DNA of 63,659 nt, the filler included, from Neolecta irregularis DAH-3 (Eukaryota), in assembly GCA_001929475.1 (NCBI GenBank). It is 11 parts of 11 records of this genome, joined end to end, with 100 filler letters (N's around TTAATTAATTAA, not from the genome) between each part and the next. Parts side by side here need not be neighbours in the genome. Positions count along the whole stretch, not along the records: positions 53,244 to 59,068 come from LXFE01003191.1; positions 59,169 to 62,305 come from LXFE01003202.1; positions 62,406 to 63,659 come from LXFE01003213.1; 8 more parts are not named here. The stretch is one strand, 5' to 3'. Shown here piece after piece: positions 54,035 to 63,659 of this stretch. Each line of letters starts with the position of its first letter. The first letter of the stretch is position 1. Below the pieces are notes generated by a model, which worked only from the letters and a program-made list of their open reading frames with translations, was not told the origin of the DNA and did no database searches. The position numbers were made by a program, and so were the translations under genes.

Positions 54035-54288
54035 GATGCAACGATATGACGGTATCTGGAGTACGCTGCTCAGGATCTTGTTTTAATTTCTGCAGAATCC
54101 TGCTCAAATCTTCTGCCTTATCGGTCTCTCTTGCATTCCTCGTCCCCTAGTCTGTTTGGAGGTGTTATTTCTTTCTGGTCTTTTGTTTCCAATCATCAGT
54201 TCTTCTTTAATGGCTTCAAGAGAAATATCAATTATGATTTTGTAGCAATGCGTTTATTTTTATTGGCACTATAAGGACCATACAAATA

Positions 54289-57200
54289 TTACTTCAAATC
54301 CATTTTGGCAATTTTTCCCTTGCCATTTTTAAATGCGGCAATCCGAGCTTTTAATTGCGTGTCTGTCGAGTTAATATAATACCTACCAAGACAACGTTAC
54401 TCTGAATGACGTCTTCTATTCTCAAAGGCGTGCGATTGAATGGATCAGTAGCATCGCTGAGAAGATGACTCTTGATAGTAGCAAGGTCCACAGTGATTTG
54501 TGATATAGGCAGAATAACGGGTTCCTCCATAAGCGTAAACATCAGTGGATCTGTATAGTTGAAATTTTGTTCGCACACACCCAGGAAAATACCTAGAAAT
54601 TCATCCGGAACCTCGCCAAGTTCATCCTCGCCTTTCTCATCAGACACCCTCGCTTCTTCAATGGTTTGAACAAGAATCTCAAGATCTTCAAGCTCCACAG
54701 GCGATTTCATTGAAAACTTGTTCATGATCTCAGCCGCACGTTGGAAAATTGCCTTTTTGTAACTTCGGCCATCTCGAGCAACGGCTAATATAAAGGTTTC
54801 TTGGGTGCGAAGGTTCATAAAAATATCCAAGATATCAGATACTAAGCGTTTTGGATCAAATCGATATTTATCAGGATCCCGAACTTTTAATTCGGTACAT
54901 TTTGGACCGACAAGGGCATCAAGATTGTAATCCAACATCGCAGCTAACCGTCCTACAATTTCTTGGGCTACGAAGGCATCCGGCACTGAAGTCGTGAAAA
55001 GTTTAAATAATTTCATGGTTTCGTTTCCTAAAGCCATATATGAACTGGCCGATCGCTCTGCGCTCGCTAAATTATTTTGAGTTTCTTCTTGATTGGTATT
55101 TGAATCTGGATGATCGAGCTCTTTTTGCATTTTGGAGATTTCAGCGAGTTTAGTTAATGCCTCGTCAAGGAGATACGTCGCATCGTTCAACATTAAATTG
55201 ACAAATCGAACAAAGAGATCAAAATTTGTTCTTTTAGTCAGCTAAAATCTCTAGAGTGCTTGTTAACCTGCTTTCGGTGCTAAGACGTTCACGATGTAAT
55301 GGATTTTCCCAGACATTTTCAATTAATCGAGCAATATTGTGACGAACGTTAAATTTGTCGTAAAACTGAGATGATAACCCCGTCTGCTCAACCTCTGTAT
55401 CATCAACCAAGTCGTAAAAATGGATCCGTACCAACGTAGAATGACATCATTGCCGGCAGAAAATGTTTAACGGAAAATGGATGAGCGTGCATTACATCGA
55501 CGAATACGCCCCTTGGATTTCTCCGAGATGGGTGGATGCCAAAGTACATCGTTTCAACCAACTTTGCTTTAAGATGTGGATTTTTGATAGCTCGTGATGC
55601 CCGAAGAAATGTTAAACAAAACATGACGATCGTTTCTTGGTTATATGAATCAATAGGAGCAGCGTCGTATCTTATTTATAAACTCCATTCAACATAAAGA
55701 ATACCTCAGAATATCCCCAAAATTTTCTGAAATTGTCTCGACGAAATATTCAGGAAGAATGCGTAATCCAATAGGAACCTCCGTCGTTAAGGGTAATCTG
55801 CAAATGAGACCAAAAGTTTCTGTCGAATATGAACATACGAAATAGCAGGTTTTGGATGATGATGAGCCGAGTCTAGAAATCTCAAGAGCCAGTTCATTTG
55901 CATGTTGAGAAACATCATTGCCGAAGCAAGATAAGCAGGGTCAAGCATTATAGCTTCAAAAGCCAAACGAAAAGAGACAGCCAAATCAATACTTTTAGTA
56001 GTTTTCTCCAGTTGAGCTTGCATAAGAACGGCCTGTGGAGTCTAAAAATGAATGTTTGAGCGTATAAAAGCATAAACCTGCTGCCATTCTGCTTGTCGAT
56101 TTTTCATTTCTTCAACTTGTTTTTGCCAATCATCAACTTGTTTTGAGAGTCGTTCTAGATTTGACCATGAACCGCTCAATCCATAATGATGACATGCGAC
56201 GTTGAGAAAAAAACAGTGAGAAATGAAATTTGGTTCCTCGCTGGTGCTTTGAGTCAAATAGTCATCAGTAATCTGTTTATCTGCGCATAATTTAGTTTCT
56301 TCTTCGATTGAAAGAAGGCTTTTCTTTCGAAAATATTCAGTGTCAATTTTATCAATCTTTTTATGAGTAAAGTTGAATTTGAGTCGTTGGGGAGTACCTT
56401 TGTATACGATACATCAAGGAAAGGCACACAAAGTCTGTTCAACACCGCTTGAACAGTTAAGCAAAAACCATCGCTGGCAATTTGATCCGGATTGACCTTT
56501 ATTATTCAGAGTACAATTTGGTGACTGATCTTACCCTCATAGCTTTGCGCTTCTGATTTAAATTTATCACTGCAGCGAACCAATGCAAGACACGCTCTCT
56601 TGCTTCAGGTGATGTTCGTACGATTGTGTTGATAATACTAAAGAGTTGAGACTAAGTTTATGAGAATTGTATTGAAAGAGAGCCATACGTAGAGGATTTC
56701 CGCAGAGTCACGTAAACCTCTGAATGAACTGGCGACATCACCAATAGGCTTTCCAGAAGAACATGGAAAATAAGTCGATGCAGTATTTGACTTACAATTT
56801 AGTTATATCGAATTGGATTTCCTTACATTGATAGGAGATATGCGAAAGAACGGCCCGAGAAAAGTTCGTGTTTCAATTGTATGACCAGCTAAATCTTCAG
56901 GAAGCCATGATGGAAGAGTCGTGATGAAAATCGAAACGGGCTTGAAGTGGACCAAGGTTGCCAGCGCCTATGATAGTTAAATAGGGCCTACACGATAAGA
57001 AATCAAACTTGCATTAAAATAATTGAGATAATCATCCTCAAACGTGGCAGCTAACGTACGCTGTGATAGTGAGTTTAATGTTTTACCGAGCAATAATTCA
57101 AGTTCTTCGTCTTCAATATATTTGATGAAAAGATCTCCAAGAAATTCATGTGGAATTATTTCTCCTTCGCGAGAGTCCATGGCTAGGTAGTCTATCAGAT

Positions 57201-57954
57201 CGGTATGTGCTTTCGGATTTCTCAGCAATCAGCGCCAATCAATGAATTAGGATTACTCGATCAATTCCGGCATAGTTATGCAGAAGCCGGCATAACTTAG
57301 GCAAAGCCGTCGAATTTCCTTTATGATCTCCAACTTTTCGACAGCGTGATCTTCATTTGGTTTTATTGAACGCTGAAGAGTACAGGCACGCTTCCATGAT
57401 TGCAAAAGATAATCAAAGGGGCGTTTAGAATATGTGTTTAGTTGTACCATTAGTGCCCTCTCGAGAGCGACAACAGATAACTCAAGTTCTCCGGGTTAAT
57501 CTCAGTATCAGAGGACAGAGTACCAGCCTGTTCATTTATTAATTCTTCATGCAAAGACTGTAGGAAATCAAGGCCTTTTGAGCGGTCAGAAGCCTATCTT
57601 GTCATAATAATGCCACGAATGAAGCTTGCGTTGAGGGTGATCCGAAGAATTAAAGCTATAGAATCGTTTTCCCATGTTTTCATTGAGAACGGTTTCGCCG
57701 GCGATGTTGTTCTCTCAATTTTGTTATTATCCACAGGGCGTTGCAAGGATTCGACAGGCGCATTCGGGAGGGGTATTGGGTCATTAGAAGAAGCGGTCAG
57801 TTTCGCTGTTGCTAGAGAATCTGGAAGTGACTCGGATGACGCTGCGGATTGTTGTTGCTGGAAACGGGCCAAGCGTTTTAGGCGAATCTGGAGTCCTTGA
57901 GAAAAGGAATCATAAGAATTCAATTACGTCTCGATCTGTAGCGGGTCCAGACAT
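54289..57954 (-). CDS. UFD2: Ubiquitin conjugation factor E4 (U-box)
   Basis: FLGPFFRISP, PNFISHCFFL, IKNPHLKAKLV, QFYDKFNVRH, LNDATYLLDE, LVGPKC, VPDEFLDPLM, HLLSDATDPFNR. Confidence 0.96.
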
Positions 57955-58181
57955 AGTATTAAGGGTTTCAAATAAGTTGCATTCAACAGCAACGTGTGAC
58001 TGTGGTTATCGTTTACATTTTTCCAGATGTCACATGTAGATACCAAGTTGGGAAATCTATACATTCGATCTTTCTTCTTTTTATCTATACTCCCGAAGCC
58101 TACACATAACAGAGACCTAGTATGCCAATATGTACTACACCCAGCGAAGAAATGATGCCAAAAAATATGCATAGAAATGCT

Positions 58182-58791
58182 TTATTCCGTATTCATAATC
58201 CAGCATTCGGCCATGACCTCTTCAAAAATCCTTCCAACTTCACTGTGTTCATAAATACCTTCTCGATTTAGGACAGCAAAGATGACTTCATAAGGGTCGT
58301 CCTCATCTTCTAATACAAAGCGTAGCTTCTTTCCCTGGTATGGTCAGCCATCGTTATGAACTAACGATATACTTGTGGTCAACTGTGATTCGCAAAGATC
58401 CCCTCTTTCGCGTGCCGACTTTATCCCCGTTGATATTAATATTGAATGTTATATTCAACTGAACTGGCTGTCGGCTTTCTGGTGGCACATATACCCATGG
58501 GATACTACATGGGTCGTTAATTCTATACGAGGTCGTTGAACTGGATTCTTGGTTTATCTCTGCGGGAAGGACGGGTGGGAGTTGAACATATTCATCTAGT
58601 CGAACGGAAGTGGAGTCAAGTTGTAGAGGTTTATTTGGTTGGAGATTTTGGGCTCATTGGAAAGCCCTCATCGAGGCGCATCTTTTTGATGTCTTTTGGT
58701 TTTCTACAATCAATTTGAAATTGATCTTTGGCAGCTGTTTCTTCAAAGATCCCTCTTTGACATTCCTAAATCGAGATTCTTGGTAGGTCAT
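58182..58791 (-). pseudogene. Hypothetical gene with one in-frame TGA
   Basis: Frame MTYQESRF...RAFQ*(58654-58656)AQNLQ...RITVDHKYI, then a clean intron (GTTAGT..CTGAC..CAG), then GKKLRFVLEDEDDPYEVIF...NTE*. Confidence 0.4.
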
Positions 58792-59396
58792 TAGTTTAGC
58801 CTTTAAATTCTGATCATGAGGGTACTTATTTTGTTGGAATAAGTTGGTTGTATAGGTGTGAATTGATTGACATTTGCTCAAAGTCCAGCTGGCAAGATTC
58901 GTCGCGGGTCACGTGACATTATATACCAATCGTCTTGACAGTTGTGAGTCTGCACAGCATACTTACATTTGTCCAGAGGACACTTGTGCTCGCTCTCAAA
59001 CTCCACTCTTCTTCAGAAGCAATCAATGTGTCAATCGCTTAACCGTTCAGTGTCATCTATCACAATGTNNNNNNNNNNNNNNNNNNNNNNNNNNNNNNNN
59101 NNNNNNNNNNNNTTAATTAATTAANNNNNNNNNNNNNNNNNNNNNNNNNNNNNNNNNNNNNNNNNNNNACCTCGTAAATGGGAGATATTCATCATTCTAA
59201 AGACTATAGCTCTCGTCACAAATTTCTTGATCAGCTAGAGACTTGTTGATACTCAAGCTCTGCACTCCTGCGTTCCTCCGGTTCTTCTCGAATATAATAT
59301 ACACCGTTGGGATATTACCACATCGGGTTTTTAGTGTGTAGACGGCAGTGGTTGGGTAAAACGCAATCTGCACTCAAAACTTGCGATCCCTCATCC

Positions 59397-61016
59397 ATGG
59401 ATCTGGATGTTTTATACTCCGCATACCATAGCGCCCAAGCTTCGCAGGATATTGCTGTAAGTCTAAATCGCAGACTTTATACTCACCACGCAGTCTTATC
59501 GGCTGATTCTCTCATCAACAACCCGCAGTGATGATCCCAAGGCCCGTCAACTCGCAGCACAGTTCATTCCAGATTTATTTCCCCTGTTCCCCGAAATCCA
59601 TGATGATTCCGTCGAAAGCATGTTTGATCTCTGCGAAGACCCGGAGAAACTCGTATCCGGCGATCAGTTCGCTGCCAGGCTGACCTCACAGATTCGTATC
59701 CAAGCGGTAAAGCGGCTTCCACTGCTGATCAAGCACAATAGTAAGGTTGGCTTGCGGATAGTAGATGTCCTAGTGCAACTGTTGCAAGCGCGAGATCTAA
59801 ATGAACTGGAAACCACCAGGGCATCTTTACTTCAAGCCATCAGAATATCTCCGTCCACTTCGATTACTCTTCTCGATCAATCAGACGTTGTTGTACGTGA
59901 GCTATCGTTCGATTTCCTCAAGACTTATCAATCCGATATCTTACCGGTTCTTGGAAGTCAGGTTGAACAGGAATTTGGTGATGCTGCATGCGCGGCATTG
60001 GAACATTTCACGATCGAACAAGTCGATTTTATCACGGGATTGATATTCAACCTTGGTTTTTACCAGAACTATACAAAACTTATCGATGGGTTAATGTTAT
60101 GGTTTACAGAGACCGGCACACAAGACCTTTGGCCGTCGTTTCTGAAAATAGCAAACTTGTGTCGAAATGCGATCAAGGTAACCATTATTTCCTGCTAGAG
60201 GTAAGTAATGTTAAGAAAGGCGGTAACCCTGCTCGCTTTGTGGAGTTCATGAGCGAGAATATATTCTCACTCGAGTCGATCCCCGATGAATATTTGATTT
60301 TAGCGTTACGATATACTGTTGAATGTCTCAAGACGTTCAACGAAAAATCTGACTTGCAATCACGAATCACACAATCCCCGTTATTAGATCAATTAACCAA
60401 GATCCGCGCTCGAATGACGACCCATCAATCAATGTTGAAAAGTCAAGCAAGGCCAAACGTTCCCGACCCTGCTTTGCGAAAGCAGATTTCTCAAACTGGC
60501 TTTGTCGTCAAATTGGTGAATGTTCGTCGTCGACTATCATAAGCGTTGAGTGTGTAGGATATTATCAAGAGCTCTTCTACTCTTCATAAACCCTCGAATC
60601 GTCTGCAGAAACCCACAATGAATGCATCGCTAGACCTGACAATACCTTGTGTCCAAGCTACAAATCCGCAAGAATCCTCTAACCTGCGTCCACGAAAACG
60701 CAAATCTCGGCCCCACATACCAGCTAGTAAGAAGCAGCGTAAACCCTCAGAGCCACCCCGTCATCCCCCGAGTCTCTATATCAAACTTCCTCCACCGCGT
60801 AGTCCTAAGCCCTCATCACCCGCCCAAGCACGGAGACAAATTCAGGTTCGTGGAATAAGTCAGTCTGATAAGCGAAAACGGGTATACGGGGAGGAGCCTA
60901 GCGTTCAGATTAAGAGGACCAAAGTAAAAATTGGGGAGCAGCCAAAATGGAATGTTCGAGATAATATGAGAAGACGCGGGTACACGTTAATGGATTCTTA
61001 CCAGGAACCAGTGTGA
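59397..61016 (+). CDS. Apoptosis inhibitor 5 (API5)-like HEAT/ARM protein
   Basis: KARQLAAQFIPDLFPLFPE...MFDLCED...IRIQAVKRLP...IVDVLVQLLQ matches the API5 N-terminal signature. Basic low-complexity C-terminal tail. Confidence 0.75.
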
Positions 61017-61085
61017 TATCAGAATAGTGTGGATTTACTTAACGGGATGTTATCTGATGTACAGTTGAGAATTGAAGACGAAAGT

Positions 61086-61739
61086 CTACAGTAATCGGGA
61101 TTTTCTGATGGGGTCTTCTCTAACTCTATACGTATCACTCAGATTGCCTTCGCTCAATCAATCCGAAAGAACCTTTTCTTCGAGTCATTTGCACCGACAA
61201 TCTCCCATGGCGCCATATCTCTTTTCCCGGTCTCTTTGAGATCGCCCAAGCGCGCGCTAGTTTTTTTCCGTATCGCGAAAAGATTTAGGGTTTCAAGTTG
61301 TACAAGCGTATCTTGGTTGATTTCGGACGTTGAGGGAGGCACCAGAATCCGAATGACGTAAGGGGATGTAAAAAGATGTATCAGAGCTGTAGCAATAAGA
61401 GACGTTGAGAGAGCAGTTCCTGGCTGTATCAGGACATTTGCGTCGGCTGGAGATACCGCAAACTGCCATCCTTGCCATTTCAGAGAGACCCGAATCCATC
61501 GTATATAGGAAAGGTAGGAAGCCCGAAGTAAATCCAAGAGAACTTTTTGGAAAATCAATAACACTGAAGCTTTGGTGATTATACCTGATGCTAAACATCT
61601 TGATGCCTTGAATTGTGCGTTTATGTGGTGATTCATAAATCACTGGTGGCGGATTAGCTACCCAATAGGGCCGTTGGTATGTTGATAAGTATCGTAGGGG
61701 TTGATATGGTTTGAATTTACAAAAAAGTCTGAGAGACAT
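61086..61739 (-). CDS. TMEM70/TMEM186/TMEM223-like mitochondrial inner membrane protein (3' end uncertain, 61154 or 61086)
   Basis: Presequence-like N-terminus, IYESPHKRTIQGIKMFSI|SSLG, two hydrophobic segments, PYVIRI, LETLNLF. Confidence 0.65.
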
Positions 61740-62405
61740 CTGGAGGTTATGACTTGCAATGCATTTTCTGCCGGCCTTTTTATAACGGAAGAAGCAATGT
61801 TTGATAACCATCAGATTAAGCCTGGTTATAAATGTCATTTAATAACAGAGAATATATATAGACCTTCAAAAATCTTTTTACTGAACCGGAAGAAGAAGAC
61901 ATGGTCAAAGTATTAATAGTCTATCTGCATATCAACCCGAGACAGGCCAAGATGTAATGAGAAGATGCAGGATTTTAACAAATTAACTATTTCTTTGCTT
62001 TTTGCCGTCGAATTCAATCGATTTACCTTTGGTTATGTTGATTGACCTGACCTCAAAATATGGCAAAATAAGTGGACATTCATGCTATAACACTTGCTCG
62101 ACCAGATAATTCTAGAAATAGTTCTATCCTTTGAATGAAAATCAATTCGGTAAGTTTTGNNNNNNNNNNTTAGAGACTTGTTGATACTCAAGCTCTGCAC
62201 TCCTGCGTTCCTCCAGTTCTTCCCGAATATAATATACATCCGTTGGGATATTACCACATCGGGTTTTTAGTGTGTAGACGGCAGTGGTTGGGTAAAACGC
62301 AATCTNNNNNNNNNNNNNNNNNNNNNNNNNNNNNNNNNNNNNNNNNNNNTTAATTAATTAANNNNNNNNNNNNNNNNNNNNNNNNNNNNNNNNNNNNNNN
62401 NNNNN

Positions 62406-63008
62406 ATCGGAACGGAAAGATCCGCCATTCTGATCCAATATCTATACAGACAGGAAATCAGAATGGAAACCATGATTCTGATCCAATATCTATACAGACA
62501 GGAAATCAGAATGGAAACCCTGATTCTGATCCAATATCTATACAAACAGGAAATCGCTCTTTATCCTCTCGGCAGAAATCTACATCCAAAGAAAAGAGAT
62601 TCATCTTATTCATCGGTATATCATATACCCGCAAATCTAACGCCAGGAAACCTCTCCTACAAAATCACTACAGAAATCTTGTCATCCCACTTTTCATCAG
62701 TAGGCACACTACTCTCGGTGCGACTACCCTATACCCAGACCTCCGCGCCCAGACCAAAAGGCTATGCCTTTATCGAATATAAAGATTCACTATCCCTCGC
62801 CAAGGCTCTCAAATTGCATCATACCGTCCTCCATGATCGCAAAATTAATGTAGAACTTACTGGCGGCGGAGGCGGTAACAGCATTGCCCGCAAATCAAAA
62901 CTGAAAATCAAAAATTCAAGGTTGAATATGCAACGGAAAAAGAGGATTCAGTCGGAAAATGTGCCCGAAATGATTCATCCCAGTAGAATCAGTAGAGTCA
63001 AGATGTGA
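62406..63008 (+). CDS. NOP6: Nucleolar RRM protein Nop6 (N-terminus located at 63548-63659)
   Basis: KRFILFIG|NLSY...KGYAFIEY...ALKLHHT...RKINVELTGGGGG...HPSR. 48-bp tandem repeats encode SDPISIQTGNQNGN(H/P)D. Confidence 0.8.
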   Translation: MGTERSAILIQYLYRQEIRMETMILIQYLYRQEIRMETLILIQYLYKQEIALYPLGRNLHPKKRDSSYSSVYHIPANLTPGNLSYKITTEILSSHFSSVGTLLSVRLPYTQTSAPRPKGYAFIEYKDSLSLAKALKLHHTVLHDRKINVELTGGGGGNSIARKSKLKIKNSRLNMQRKKRIQSENVPEMIHPSRISRVKM

Positions 63009-63027
63009 TTTATCTATNNNNNNNNNN

Positions 63028-63241
63028 TCCAGCCTGCGCTAAAGACTGCCTCACCGCCCTCGTCCTCCGCTCAGACTGTCTCAGTCCCGCAGACTCCCGC
63101 TGCCTCTGCTCCTCCCGCCAATACATCGCAGAGGTCCGCTCCTGCATCCTCGCCGCCTGCCCAGACCAAGCCTCCCCCGTCCGCGCCTTCCAGTCCTCCC
63201 TCTGTGCATCCCCGACCCCCGCCCCCCCTGGCTGCTCATGA
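63028..63241 (+). CDS. CFEM domain protein, partial
   Basis: PACAKDC...C..AD..CLC...C....C...C eight-cysteine CFEM spacing. 5' end in gap. Confidence 0.8.
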
Positions 63242-63288
63242 CTTGATATGTTGCATTATCGCTTAATTAGTTCCAGTCATAATAAATA

Positions 63289-63545
63289 TATTTCCCTCAT
63301 TCATCCCTGATATTTCCTTCATTCATCCCTGATATTTCCCTCATTCATCCCTGATATTTCCCTCATTCATTCCTCTGATATTTCCCTCATTCATTCCTCT
63401 GATATTCCCTCATTCATCCCTCTGATATTTCCCTCATTCATCCCTCTGATATTTCAACCCTCCGTCGTGATTATATTTCAACCTCATTCATCCCTCCCTC
63501 GTGATATATTTCAACCCTCCCTCGTGATATATTCCGACCTCATCC
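63289..63545. repeat. Minisatellite with 21-26 bp units
   Basis: Repeated gatatttccctcattcatccct(ct), degenerating towards the 3' end. Confidence 0.85.
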
Positions 63546-63547
63546 TC

Positions 63548-63659
63548 ATGCCTCCCCAACGCATTTCAAAAAAAAGACAGAAAGCCCTTGACTATCGGAA
63601 CGGAAAGATCCGCCATTCTGATCCAATATCTATACAGACAGGAAATCAGAATGGAAACC
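63548..63659 (+). CDS. NOP6: 5' end of NOP6
   Basis: MPPQRISKKRQKALDYRNGKIRHSDPISIQ...; 63594-63659 is identical to the sequence from 62406. Confidence 0.7.
   Translation, partial: MPPQRISKKRQKALDYRNGKIRHSDPISIQTGNQNGN

Noticed and set aside
53538-54086. 182-aa ORF in the track
   Set aside because: Off-frame shadow of the spliced Rho GTPase gene.
58654-58656. In-frame TGA as selenocysteine
   Set aside because: No redox motif context or SECIS seen, and Sec use is not known in Dikarya.

Overview
Gene-dense, intron-rich fungal nuclear DNA. It is a concatenation of small scaffolds joined by artificial 100-bp spacers (N44-TTAATTAATTAA-N44), with extra 10-N gaps. Homol-D boxes on ribosomal protein promoters and tiny 31-50 nt introns suggest an early-diverging ascomycete (Taphrinomycotina, possibly Neolecta-like; this is inference). 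Recognisable genes: a CSC1/OSCA channel, PAC3, RPL30, RPL10, a secreted conserved hypothetical protein, SOG2, SUS1, PUP3, U1A/U2B'' (partial), a KCTD-type BTB protein, MCM6, TSR1, UTP7, BIT61/HbrB, a PHO87/90/91-type SPX transporter, a P450 (partial), HEM3 (partial), MEF1, an ACC-synthase-like PLP enzyme, an AT-hook/Myb-like protein, RPL34, a Rho1-type GTPase, UFD2, an API5-like gene, a TMEM70-like gene, NOP6 and a CFEM fragment. Several of these (RPL30, RPL10, SUS1, RPL34, Rho) are missing from the ORF track and were reconstructed by hand through introns. Repeats include Ty3/Gypsy chromovirus remnants and solo LTRs, Tourist/PIF-like MITE ends, hAT-like ends and minisatellites. Most notable: (1) a very relaxed splice-site code, including an apparent GT-GG intron in a conserved MCM6 motif, weak GC donors and many GAG/AAG acceptors; (2) a three-exon gene fusing a signal peptide and a Cys-containing beta-type domain to a degenerate NAD(P)-binding Rossmann domain, in a transposon-rich island; (3) API5-like and ACC-synthase-like genes; (4) several reading frames broken by a single in-frame stop. 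All calls were made by eye, without database searches.
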